Positions 55,286 to 64,000 of a DNA stretch of 64,000 nt are shown piece after piece. The notes beneath the pieces were generated by a model that worked only from the letters and a program-made list of their open reading frames with translations, made no database searches and had not been told where the DNA came from. Position 1 is the first letter of the stretch. Every line of letters starts with the position of its first letter. Made by a program: the position numbers and the translations under genes. This DNA is from an uncultured bacterium (GTDB lineage: Bacteria; UBA8481): contig CAZCME010000017.1 in assembly GCA_964499705.1 (NCBI GenBank), positions 1 through 64,000 of the forward strand, given 5' to 3'.

Positions 55286-57468
55286 TACTGGAGAAACGTC
55301 GGTTCCTCGGGCATCGGCTTTGATTCTCGGATCAGGGGAGCCTGGATGAAGGGCGCGGACACAAGGTTGTGGCGGCGCGCGAAATCGATGTACATCAGGT
55401 AGACGGCGTCGGGGATCGTGCCCTGGTGCCGGGCCACGATGAGAAGCTGCTTGACCGTTATCCCCTGTTCCTTCGCCAGTTTATCCATCTCCGCCGCCAG
55501 CCCGCCGTCGTGGTCGATGAGCTGCTTCAGGAGCTCCATATTCGACCATTCCTGCACAACCTTGATCCGCGACCGGATGCGGCCCTTGAAGGCCTTTTCT
55601 ATGAGGGCCAGTTTCTCCGGCGTGAACTTCTCGTGGATCTCCTCGAAATAGCCGCCGCCCGGACGATAGAGAATTTCCGAGGACCAGTCCGATGTCTTCA
55701 GGGGATGCTCGAAGATGCTGTCGTTGACCTTGCCGCCCAGCTCGATCGGGCGCAGCGGCTTGGAGATAACGAACTGCGCGGCCTTGTATTCGTAGGCTTC
55801 CCGGATCTTGTCGTTCCGCTTCGGCTTGACGACGGAGATCCGCAGGAGCGCCAGTCGCTCGGTCTTGCCCAGGTCGGACTGCTCCGAGCGGAAAAGATTC
55901 TTGATGATCGGAATGGAGCCGAGGATGGGAATGCGCGAGAAATTCGTCGTGCGATCCTCATTGACGGCGCCCCCGATCAGGATCAGTTCGCCGTCCTCCA
56001 CGATCTGGGGCGACTCGAAGAGAACCTCCGTGGAGAAGAACGCGATATTGCCGGCGCCGGCGGATGCGACCTGGTCGCCCCGGCGGCCATCCTTCAACTG
56101 GAGCCGGTCGAGGATGATCTTGTAGGGCCGGCTGCCGTCCTCGGCCGCTTCCCCCTCCGCCACCGCGATGCCGCTCACCTTCAGCACGAGACCGGTCCGG
56201 ATGAAGGAGACGTTCGTGCCGTTCTGGGAGACGGTGAGCTGCGGGATGTTCTCGTTCTGCTCGAAGGTCCCCTCGCCGCCCGAAAGAAATGTGATGTGCG
56301 GCTTCAGAACGATCTCCGCGGCGCCCTCGGTAATGAGCGTGCCGAGCGACGCGGTGAAGACCTTGCCGCCGGCCGTCGTCCATTGGTACTGGAGGTTCGG
56401 GAGATCGTTCGCGAGGAGATCCATGGAGAGATTCTCCCGCGTCGTGCGATCGCGCCGGGGAGGAGGCGTGCCGTCGGAACGGGTGATCGTGGAGGTGACT
56501 TCCGTTCCGAGCCGGCGGGCCTTGGAATGCCGGACCGAAAGGATGGTGCCCTCGACGATGATGGTCGGAGGTTCGGCGTCATAGGTGCTCAGAAATTCGC
56601 GGATCTTGTCCAGCTGGGGCGTCGCCGCCGTGATGATAAGTGTGCGATTCGAGTCGGACTGTTCGAGAATCGAAGGACGGTAGTGAGCCTTTATGATCCG
56701 GATCGCTTCGCTGAGCGGATGGTAATAGACAGGAAACACTTCCGTCTGCTCCATCGCGAATCCTTTCGTGTCCTCGATGTCGATTTCCTTCAACACGTTG
56801 GAAACGAGGTCGAGAATGCGCGGGGCCGCGGAGACGATGACCGCGTTCTTGTCGGTATCCGTCGAAACGCTGAACGTCCGGTGGATTTTGATGTAGTGCT
56901 CGCGGATGTAATCCTGCGCGCGCGCCGCCGCCATGTGCTTCAACCAGAAGATTCTCGTCCGCAAAGGCGGATCTCCGGTGGCGATCTCGTCCCGATAGGA
57001 ATTGTATTCGCGATCGAGCTGCTGAAGCAGAAGAGCGATCTGGAGGTGGCTGTCGCCCGGCGCCATGATGAGGAGACTGTTGTTAACCTTGTCGCCGATG
57101 AGAATCTTCGGCGCGAATTGCTTGGAGATCAGTTCCTTCGCATCTTCGACGGACAGGTAGCGCACGGGATAGGAAAGTGTGAAGACGCCTTCCTGATCGA
57201 AATGTCGAAGCGATGAAAAGACCGAATCCGGCGAAACGGACATGCCTGAGAATATGATCATCCTCGTGTCGTCGCCCATGATGAACTCGGGACCGTAGAG
57301 TGCCGTGAGATAGCGGGACATGAGAGCGGGATCCACCCACTCGACCCGGAGCTGGTATTCTTCAGGTGGACGCAACTCGCCCAAAGCCGCGCGCGACAGA
57401 GTGCTGAAAATCACAAGGCTGACAAAGGCTGCCAGCATGAAGCCCATGGAAGTGCAACGTCGTCGCAT
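55285..57468 (-). CDS. Secretin (GspD/PulD-like outer-membrane channel) with repeated N domains and a C-terminal extension
   Basis: Signal peptide; about 4 Secretin_N-type repeats (e.g. IFWLKH...DTDKNAVIVSA); core IIVEGTIL, TGLVLKV, DGELILIGG and IPILGSIPIIKNLFRS. Confidence 0.85.
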   Translation of the reverse strand: MRRRCTSMGFMLAAFVSLVIFSTLSRAALGELRPPEEYQLRVEWVDPALMSRYLTALYGPEFIMGDDTRMIIFSGMSVSPDSVFSSLRHFDQEGVFTLSYPVRYLSVEDAKELISKQFAPKILIGDKVNNSLLIMAPGDSHLQIALLLQQLDREYNSYRDEIATGDPPLRTRIFWLKHMAAARAQDYIREHYIKIHRTFSVSTDTDKNAVIVSAAPRILDLVSNVLKEIDIEDTKGFAMEQTEVFPVYYHPLSEAIRIIKAHYRPSILEQSDSNRTLIITAATPQLDKIREFLSTYDAEPPTIIVEGTILSVRHSKARRLGTEVTSTITRSDGTPPPRRDRTTRENLSMDLLANDLPNLQYQWTTAGGKVFTASLGTLITEGAAEIVLKPHITFLSGGEGTFEQNENIPQLTVSQNGTNVSFIRTGLVLKVSGIAVAEGEAAEDGSRPYKIILDRLQLKDGRRGDQVASAGAGNIAFFSTEVLFESPQIVEDGELILIGGAVNEDRTTNFSRIPILGSIPIIKNLFRSEQSDLGKTERLALLRISVVKPKRNDKIREAYEYKAAQFVISKPLRPIELGGKVNDSIFEHPLKTSDWSSEILYRPGGGYFEEIHEKFTPEKLALIEKAFKGRIRSRIKVVQEWSNMELLKQLIDHDGGLAAEMDKLAKEQGITVKQLLIVARHQGTIPDAVYLMYIDFARRHNLVSAPFIQAPLIRESKPMPEEPTFLQ

Positions 57469-57596
57469 GCCGGAGCAGCTTAGCCCGGATCAACTGGGTT
57501 GAAAAGAGTTCTCTTCATCACCGGCAGCCATAAATCCATAAATTCCTTTGCATACCGGCTCTAAAGTGCGGCAACTTTGCATCCGATAGAAAAGCC

Positions 57597-59204
57597 ATGA
57601 AGACACGAACGATTACCCGCGAAGAAGCCCTCAGCCGCCTGTCTCTGCCGATCGACCCGTCGTCCTTCGATCATGGCATCTGCCATCTCTATGCTCATGC
57701 GCTCATCGACCGCGCCGTCGGAGCCGGCACGACATCACTCCGGGAGGAAGACCTGGTCGCGATCGACCGCTATTTCCAGCTCCTGTCCCAGGGATTGGAC
57801 CGCGGAGCCGCGATCCGGCAGATCGAGGCCGAAGAAGGGCGTGAAGTTCCCGCGGCGCAGGAGCCTCGCGCAGGCTCTTCCCGGGCCAGTTCTGCCGTCG
57901 CCGCAATCGCGACGACCGTTCCGGCGGTTCTTCCTCAGGTCTCCCCGACGCCCGCTCCCCGATCCCGCGATAACGCGACCGACCTCCGCTTCGCTCTGGA
58001 AGACGAGGTGGACCGCGCCGTCGCCCGGGCCCGCGACCGGTTGAAGCTCGATCTCCACGAGGCCTGCCACACGATCGCGGCCGACGCGGAACGATTGAGC
58101 GCCAAGCAGGGAATCGAGCTTAGGGCCCGCGTTGAAACCGCGACGCGTGAAGCTCTGGAAGTGATCGACCATGCCAGGAAGAACGCGGGCGAGCGCGTCT
58201 GGAAGGCCGCGCTGGCCGATGTCCAGACCCAGATCAAGTCGTCCATCGCCGATGCCGCCACGGAAATCGCCGGGATCCGCAGATTCGAGGCGGATGAAGC
58301 CGTCTTCGAGATTCGCGAATCCGGCGATGCGCTCGCCAAGAAAGCCGCCGAGACACTGGAGAAGAAGATCAAGGAGAGCGAGAATTATTTCCGCGCCTTC
58401 TGCGAAGTCGAGGTCCGCACCCGCGCCGAAGTCGCGGCCGAAAGCATGCGCGCCGATTTCCGAACGCGCATCGACGCGTCGCTCGCCGAAGCCGCGAGGA
58501 TCCTGTCGGAGCTCAACAAGACCGCCGGCGAAACCGCGAACCGGACCGTAGACGACGTCGCCGCGCGGGCCGCGAAGTCCGCCGAGGACGCGATCGTCCG
58601 CCGCGCCGCGGTCATCGAATCCGATCTCCGCGAAGTCGCCCGCGACGTCACATCCTCGGCGGCGCGGGCCGCGGAGCAGATTCAACCGGCGTTCCAGGCC
58701 GTCGCCGAGTCCACGCTCCGCGATGCCGTGGACCGGATCGGAACGATGTCGAAGGATGTCGAGGATCAGGTCCGCCGGCTGGCGGATTCCGAGGTGCGCG
58801 CGCGCATCGACGCGACGATCCAGGAAAGCCTCGCGATCGCCCGCGCCAGGATCGAAGACAAGTACCTGGAATCAGCCCATCAGTCGATCCAGAAGGATCT
58901 GCTGGAATCCGAGCAGAGACTATCCGAGCGAATCGAAAAGGAGATCGTGCGGTTCGAGACGAGGATCCACACCTGCTTCGAACTGGCGCGCGAAGTGAAC
59001 AATCCCGTCCCGCCCCGCAACAGGGTCGAATCCTTCCACGCGTTCCTCTCGGGCTTGACGGATCTCCTCTGGCCCCTCTGGAGCATGATCGCCGGTCCCG
59101 GCCGCGTCTACGCAGCTCGCGCCCAGCAAAATGCCGCAGCCCAGAATACAGCCCAGAACGTGGTGACCTTCCCCGCATCGAGCGAGATAGAAAAGGCCGC
59201 ATAA
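57597..59204 (+). CDS. Hypothetical long alpha-helical/coiled-coil protein
   Basis: About 350 aa Ala/Glu/Arg-rich helical stretch almost free of Pro; divergent from the secretin operon. Confidence 0.7.
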   Translation: MKTRTITREEALSRLSLPIDPSSFDHGICHLYAHALIDRAVGAGTTSLREEDLVAIDRYFQLLSQGLDRGAAIRQIEAEEGREVPAAQEPRAGSSRASSAVAAIATTVPAVLPQVSPTPAPRSRDNATDLRFALEDEVDRAVARARDRLKLDLHEACHTIAADAERLSAKQGIELRARVETATREALEVIDHARKNAGERVWKAALADVQTQIKSSIADAATEIAGIRRFEADEAVFEIRESGDALAKKAAETLEKKIKESENYFRAFCEVEVRTRAEVAAESMRADFRTRIDASLAEAARILSELNKTAGETANRTVDDVAARAAKSAEDAIVRRAAVIESDLREVARDVTSSAARAAEQIQPAFQAVAESTLRDAVDRIGTMSKDVEDQVRRLADSEVRARIDATIQESLAIARARIEDKYLESAHQSIQKDLLESEQRLSERIEKEIVRFETRIHTCFELAREVNNPVPPRNRVESFHAFLSGLTDLLWPLWSMIAGPGRVYAARAQQNAAAQNTAQNVVTFPASSEIEKAA

Positions 59205-59208
59205 GAAG

Positions 59209-59235
59209 AGGATGAAGGAAGCCTTCCTTCATCCT
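59209..59235. terminator. Hairpin between convergent genes (possible bidirectional terminator; heptamer-type unit)
   Basis: AGGATGAAGGAA-GCC-TTCCTTCATCCT, a perfect 12-bp stem. Confidence 0.55.
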
Positions 59236-59240
59236 TCTCT

Positions 59241-59570
59241 TCACATCATGTTCAACTGCAACTTCGCTGCCTCCGACATCTTGGACGGCTCCCACGGCGG
59301 TTCCCAGACAATCTCCACACGCGCCGATTTCACCCCGGGTACGGCCGCGCATTTCCGCTCCACGGAACCGGGAAGCGACTGCGCTTCCGGGCAATGCGGC
59401 GACGTGAGCGTCATCCGGACATGGACGGCATTCTCGGGATCGATGTCGACGCCGTAGATCAGGCCGAGATCGTAAATGTTAACCGGGATCTCCGGATCGA
59501 ACACGGACGCGAGGGCCTTGATGACTTCCTCCTTCAGATCCGTCACTGCGGGCGCTGATTCAATGGACAT
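59241..59570 (-). CDS. sufT: SUF Fe-S assembly protein, DUF59/MIP18 family
   Basis: DPEIPVNIYDLGLIY, MTLTSPHCP and VWEPPW motifs. Confidence 0.92.
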   Translation of the reverse strand: MSIESAPAVTDLKEEVIKALASVFDPEIPVNIYDLGLIYGVDIDPENAVHVRMTLTSPHCPEAQSLPGSVERKCAAVPGVKSARVEIVWEPPWEPSKMSEAAKLQLNMM

Positions 59571-59594
59571 GTTGCGTCTCCCTGAATGAAATCC

Positions 59595-60050
59595 TCATTC
59601 CGTTGAAATCGTATCCTTGTTGCCTTCCAAAGCCGCCTTCAGCGTATGCCACGCCAGGCTCGCGCACTTCACGCGGGCGGGATATTCGCTGACGTTGGCG
59701 AAGACGGCGAGATTGCCGAGCGCCTCCTCGTCGATCTCCTTCACGTGCCCGGTCACGAGCTGATGGAAGCGCTCGAATATGAGCTCCGCTTCCTCCTTCG
59801 TCTTTCCTTTCATCTTCGTCGTCATGATCGAAGCGGATGACTTGGAGATGGCGCATCCGGCTCCTTCGAAGCGGATATCCTCGATGATGTTGTTCTCCAT
59901 CCGGAGATAGATGGTGTATCGGTCTCCGCAGAGCGGATTGAAGCCGTCGACACGACGGTTTGCGTTCTCCATGACGCCGAAATTGCGGGGCTTTTTGTTG
60001 TGGTCCAGGATCACTTCCTGGTACAGGTCCCGCAGATGATGCTCGCTCAT
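59595..60050 (-). CDS. sufU: SUF system NifU-like scaffold / sulfur transfer protein
   Basis: LYQEVILDH, NPLCGD, GCAISKSSAS and RVKCASL motifs. Confidence 0.95.
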   Translation of the reverse strand: MSEHHLRDLYQEVILDHNKKPRNFGVMENANRRVDGFNPLCGDRYTIYLRMENNIIEDIRFEGAGCAISKSSASIMTTKMKGKTKEEAELIFERFHQLVTGHVKEIDEEALGNLAVFANVSEYPARVKCASLAWHTLKAALEGNKDTISTE

Positions 60051-61303
60051 CGGAACACCTCCCCGACCCTGTGAATCCCCCGCACGAGCGCTTCGATTTC
60101 GTCTTTTATATTATACAAGGCGAACGAAGCGCGCGCCGTGGCCGGCACACCGAACCTTTGCATCACCGGCTGCGTGCAGTGGTGGCCGGTCCGGATCGCC
60201 ACGCCTTCCCTGTCCATGATCGTCCCGATGTCGTGCGCGTGCACGCCGTCGATGACGAAGGAGAGCACCGCTGCTTTTTCGGCGGCGGTGCCGATCAATC
60301 TCACGCCCGGCAGATTTCCCACGACCGCCGTGGCCAGCGCGAGCAGCTCGGATTCGTGCGCGGCGACCGCATCGAGCCCGATCTTCTCGAGATACTCGAT
60401 CGCGGCTCCGAGCCCGATCACGCCGGCGATATGCGGAGTTCCCGCTTCGAAACGGAACGGCGGATCCTGGTACAGGGTTTGTTCGAACGTCACGGAGCGA
60501 ATCATGTCGCCGCCGTACTGATACGGAGGCATCTTCTCCAGGATCTCGTATTTTCCATACAGCGCGCCGACGCCGGTGGGGCCGAAGAGCTTATGGCCCG
60601 AAAGCACGAAGAAATCGCAGTCGAGTTCCTGCACGTCGACCTTCAGGTGCGAAACCGCCTGCGCGCCGTCGACGACGGCAATGGCTCCATGGTCATGCGC
60701 CTTCTTCACGATCTCCCGGATCGGATTGATGGTGCCGAGGGAATTCGAGACCCAGACGACGGAGACGACTTTCGTGCGCGGATTCAGCAGTTTTTCGTAT
60801 TCGTCCATCAGGAGCTCGCCGCGGTCGTTCATCGGGATCACCCGGAGAACGGCGCCCTTCTGCAGGCACAGGGCCTGCCACGGAACGATGTTGGAGTGAT
60901 GTTCCATCGCGGAAATGACGACCTCGTCGCCCTCTCCGATGTTGGCGCCGCCCCAGCTCCACGCAATCAGGTTCAACGCTTCCGTCGCTCCGCGGACGAA
61001 GACGATCTCCTTCTCCGCCTTCGTATGCAGGAACCGCTTCAGGCTGCCTCGAACTTTCTCATAGGCGAAGGTGGCCTGCTCGGAGAGATGATGGACGCCG
61101 CGGTGGATGTTGGAATTCTCGCGCTGGTAGTAGCGGTTCAGGACGTCGATGACCGCCTGGGGTTTCTGCGTCGTCGCGGCGTTGTCGAGATACACGAGCG
61201 GCTTGCCGTGGATGAGCTGATTCAGGGCGGGAAAGTCGGAGCGGATCCGCTGGACCGGGAACACGGGCGCGGATGCGGTCATGCGGTCCGCTGCGGGCGT
61301 CAC
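60047..61303 (-). CDS. sufS: Cysteine desulfurase (SufS, type II)
   Basis: YLDNAATTQKP, EHHSN, SGHK (PLP Lys) and RTGHHC motifs. Start is GTG 61303 or ATG 61282. Confidence 0.95.
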   Translation of the reverse strand: MTPAADRMTASAPVFPVQRIRSDFPALNQLIHGKPLVYLDNAATTQKPQAVIDVLNRYYQRENSNIHRGVHHLSEQATFAYEKVRGSLKRFLHTKAEKEIVFVRGATEALNLIAWSWGGANIGEGDEVVISAMEHHSNIVPWQALCLQKGAVLRVIPMNDRGELLMDEYEKLLNPRTKVVSVVWVSNSLGTINPIREIVKKAHDHGAIAVVDGAQAVSHLKVDVQELDCDFFVLSGHKLFGPTGVGALYGKYEILEKMPPYQYGGDMIRSVTFEQTLYQDPPFRFEAGTPHIAGVIGLGAAIEYLEKIGLDAVAAHESELLALATAVVGNLPGVRLIGTAAEKAAVLSFVIDGVHAHDIGTIMDREGVAIRTGHHCTQPVMQRFGVPATARASFALYNIKDEIEALVRGIHRVGEVFR

Positions 61304-61310
61304 AGGGACC

Positions 61311-62693
61311 TCAGTTCGTCTCGATCTCGGCAAGGACGGCGCCGAACCGGCTCCGCAGCCCCTCGAAGAGGGCGCGTTCGAGCGTTTCCCTCAGGGACTT
61401 GACCTTGATCCTCTTCAGGACGTCGTCGGCGAATCCGTACGTGAGAAGACTCCTGGCCGCCTCCTCGCCGATGCCGCGGCTCTGGAGATAGAAGAGCGCG
61501 TTCTCGTCAAGCTGGCCGATGGTGGCTCCGTGCGTGCACTTCACGTCGTCGGCGAAGATCTCGAGCTGAGGCTTGGTGTCGACGATGGCGTCATCGGAGA
61601 GAATCAGGTTGCGGTTCGTCTGCTTGGCGTCGGTCTTCTGAGCGTCCTTCCGGACGAAGACCTTGCCGTTGAAGACCGCGCGGCTCCGGCCGTCCAGGAT
61701 GCCCTTGTACAATTCGTGGCTGTCGCAGTGCGGCTGGGCGTGATCGATCGACGTGTGGTTGTCGACAAGCTGATCGCCGGAGACGAAATACAGGCCGTTC
61801 ATCGTGCACTCGATATCCCGGCCGTTCAACGTCGCTCCGGCCGTGTTGCGGCAGAACCTGGTGCCGATCGTGATCGTGTGCGTGGAGAAATGGGCGCCGC
61901 GGGCCAGGACGACCTGCGTCGCGCCGATATGATACGAGTGCGGTTCGTTCGTCTGGATGAGGTAATGATCCACGTTGGAATCCGCCGCCGCGACGACTTC
62001 CGTCGCCGCGTTCACGAAGGCCGGAGCTTGCGCATCCGCAAGGGAAGCGTAGCTCTCGATGATGGTCGCCCGGGCCTGTTCGCCGACGACGATGAGCGTG
62101 CGGGGATGCGTCACGCGACCGCCGGATGTGGCTGTGGCGACATGGAGAATACAGATCGGATCGTCGACCGACGCCTTGGACGACACGTGAACATAGGCGC
62201 CGTCGTTCAGGAACGCGGTGTTCAGGGCGGCGAAGGCGTTGGAATCCGTAGGAGCATGCCAGCCGAGATGCTCCTCGATCCGGGAAGCCAGCGTCCCGCC
62301 TTTGGCCAGGGCCTCGGCGATGCCGGCCAGGGTGACGCCGTCGGCATTGCCGAGCCGCGAAAGATCCGGCGCATACGTTCCGTCGACGAAGACGATGACA
62401 TTCCTGGAGGCTTTTTCACCCGCGGGCAACAGGCTCGAGATATCCCCGGCATGAATTCCGGACGAAGAACGGATCGGTTCCGGCGCGAACGGGATCGTCG
62501 TCAGTGGAACGATGTTCGTGTACTTCCATTCCTCGTGCTTCGTCGTCGGAAAACCCAGCTTCTCGAACCGTTCCATCCCCCGCGCGCGCGCGGCGTGCAT
62601 GAAGGAAGGCTGATGCTTCAAGGGGGAAAGCGTCACGAACTGGTCGTAGGCCCGGCGGTATTGCGCCGTGTCCATGGGAGCCAAGGCTGTCAT
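61311..62693 (-). CDS. sufD: Fe-S cluster assembly protein SufD
   Basis: EEWKYT, FAALNTA, FNGKVFV and KPQLEIFADDVKCTHGAT motifs. Confidence 0.95.
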   Translation of the reverse strand: MTALAPMDTAQYRRAYDQFVTLSPLKHQPSFMHAARARGMERFEKLGFPTTKHEEWKYTNIVPLTTIPFAPEPIRSSSGIHAGDISSLLPAGEKASRNVIVFVDGTYAPDLSRLGNADGVTLAGIAEALAKGGTLASRIEEHLGWHAPTDSNAFAALNTAFLNDGAYVHVSSKASVDDPICILHVATATSGGRVTHPRTLIVVGEQARATIIESYASLADAQAPAFVNAATEVVAAADSNVDHYLIQTNEPHSYHIGATQVVLARGAHFSTHTITIGTRFCRNTAGATLNGRDIECTMNGLYFVSGDQLVDNHTSIDHAQPHCDSHELYKGILDGRSRAVFNGKVFVRKDAQKTDAKQTNRNLILSDDAIVDTKPQLEIFADDVKCTHGATIGQLDENALFYLQSRGIGEEAARSLLTYGFADDVLKRIKVKSLRETLERALFEGLRSRFGAVLAEIETN

Positions 62694-62702
62694 CGGATTT
62701 TC

Positions 62703-63467
62703 CTACCGCGCCGCCGCGGTCGCGACGTCTTCCTTGACCCAGTCGTAGCCGCGCTCCTCCAGCTCGAGCGCCAGTTCCTTGCCGCCCGATTTCACGATCC
62801 TGCCGCTCACCATCACGTGGACGAAGTCCGGGACGATGTAGTTGAGGAGCCGCTGGTAATGCGTCACGACGATCGTCGCGTTGTCCTTCCGCTTCAGGCG
62901 GTTCACGCCGGCGGAGACCACCTTCAGCGCGTCGATGTCGAGACCGGAATCGGTCTCGTCGAGAACGGCGAGTTTCGGATCCATGACGGCCATCTGGAGA
63001 ATCTCGTTCCGTTTCTTCTCGCCGCCGGAGAAGCCTTCATTGACGGAGCGGGAGAGGAACGACGAATCCATCTCCACGATCTTCAGTTTTTCCTTCAGAA
63101 GAGTCAGGAATTCCATCGCGTCGAGTTCATCCTGCCCGCGGTGCTTCCTGATCTCGTTGAATCCGGCGCGGAGAAAATACGCGTTGGAGACGCCCGCGAT
63201 CTCGATGGGATATTGGAACGCGAGAAAGAGTCCCTCGCGGGCCCGGTCCTCCGGATCCATGTCCAGGAGGTCCTGCCCCCCGTAGGAGACTTCTCCGCCC
63301 GTGACTTCGTATGCGGGGTGACCCGCGAGCACCTGGGCGAACGTGCTCTTGCCGGAGCCGTTCGGCCCCATGATCGCATGCACTTCGCCGGCGTTCACTT
63401 CCAGGTTGATGCCCTTCAATATTTCGTTGCCCGCGACACTCGCGTGCAGATTGGTGACCTTAAGCAT
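62703..63467 (-). CDS. sufC: Fe-S cluster assembly ATPase SufC
   Basis: GPNGSGKST, FQYP, NEGFSGGEKKR and LDETDSGLDID motifs. Confidence 0.97.
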   Translation of the reverse strand: MLKVTNLHASVAGNEILKGINLEVNAGEVHAIMGPNGSGKSTFAQVLAGHPAYEVTGGEVSYGGQDLLDMDPEDRAREGLFLAFQYPIEIAGVSNAYFLRAGFNEIRKHRGQDELDAMEFLTLLKEKLKIVEMDSSFLSRSVNEGFSGGEKKRNEILQMAVMDPKLAVLDETDSGLDIDALKVVSAGVNRLKRKDNATIVVTHYQRLLNYIVPDFVHVMVSGRIVKSGGKELALELEERGYDWVKEDVATAAAR

Positions 63468-63492
63468 GGTTCTCCTCGTTATCTGATTATGA

Positions 63493-64000
63493 TCAGCCGA
63501 CGCTGCCTTCGAGGCTGATGCCCAGAAGTTTCGTGGCTTCGACGGCGAATTCCATCGGCAGGTTGTTGAAGACCTGCTTGCAGAATCCGTTCACGACCAT
63601 CGAGACGGCGTTCTCCGCGCTGATGCCGCGCTGGCGGCAGTAGAAAAGCTGGTCCTCGCTGATCTTCGAGGTCGACGCCTCGTGCTCCACGCGCGACGAC
63701 TTGTTCTGCACCTCGATATACGGAAACGTATGCGCTCCGCACTTGTCGCCGATCAGCAGCGAATCGCACTGCGTATAGTTCCGGGCCTTCTCCGCCTTCG
63801 GCAGGACCTTCACGAGGCCGCGATACGAGTTGTTCGATACGCCCGCGGAGATTCCCTTGGAGACGATCGTCGACTTCGTGTTCTTTCCGACGTGGATCAT
63901 CTTTGTACCGGTGTCCGCCTGCTGGTGCTTGTTGGTGACGGCGACGGAATAGAATTCTCCGATCGAGTTGTCGCCCTGCAGAATGACGCTGGGGTACTTC
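63493..64000 (-). CDS. sufB: Fe-S cluster assembly protein SufB, 3' part (5' end outside the window)
   Basis: [33 protein letters not shown] and LPMEFAVEA...LEGSVG motifs. Confidence 0.95.
   Translation of the reverse strand, partial: KYPSVILQGDNSIGEFYSVAVTNKHQQADTGTKMIHVGKNTKSTIVSKGISAGVSNNSYRGLVKVLPKAEKARNYTQCDSLLIGDKCGAHTFPYIEVQNKSSRVEHEASTSKISEDQLFYCRQRGISAENAVSMVVNGFCKQVFNNLPMEFAVEATKLLGISLEGSVG

Noticed and set aside
55285-57468. Calling a complete type II/III secretion or type IV pilus system
   Set aside because: Only the secretin is present; there are no ATPase, pilin or inner-membrane platform genes in the window.

Overview
A GC-rich chromosomal segment from a diderm bacterium (it encodes outer-membrane beta-barrels and a secretin) that also carries rny, ymdB and spoVS. 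Housekeeping genes are rny, lepB, murI, rarA, dnaB, rpsF-ssb-rpsR-rplI, polA, a gapN-like ALDH and sufB(partial)CDSUT. They are interspersed with envelope and signalling genes. Most notable items: (1) a tightly coupled four-gene operon encoding a secretin, an NTT/MFS-HEAT protein, a stand-alone cNMP-binding protein and a membrane sensor-HAMP-GAF-pseudo-HPt protein, whose sensor module is paralogous to that of a class III adenylate cyclase ~20 kb away in a porin/PBP-like/cyclase operon; (2) an integrase-free 5.5-kb insert bounded by 99-bp direct repeats that duplicate the convergent cheX/pseudo-HPt junction; (3) a RAYT-type HUH transposase between 24-bp inverted repeats that overlap both neighbouring genes; (4) a 1426-aa secreted beta-helix/Ig-repeat/dockerin-like protein very rich in D-S/T dipeptides; (5) several intergenic heptamer-periodic arrays; (6) a 6S-RNA-like rod upstream of rny and a structured rpsF leader. 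I saw no tRNA, rRNA or CRISPR array. All family calls come from recognising motifs by eye; no database searches were run.
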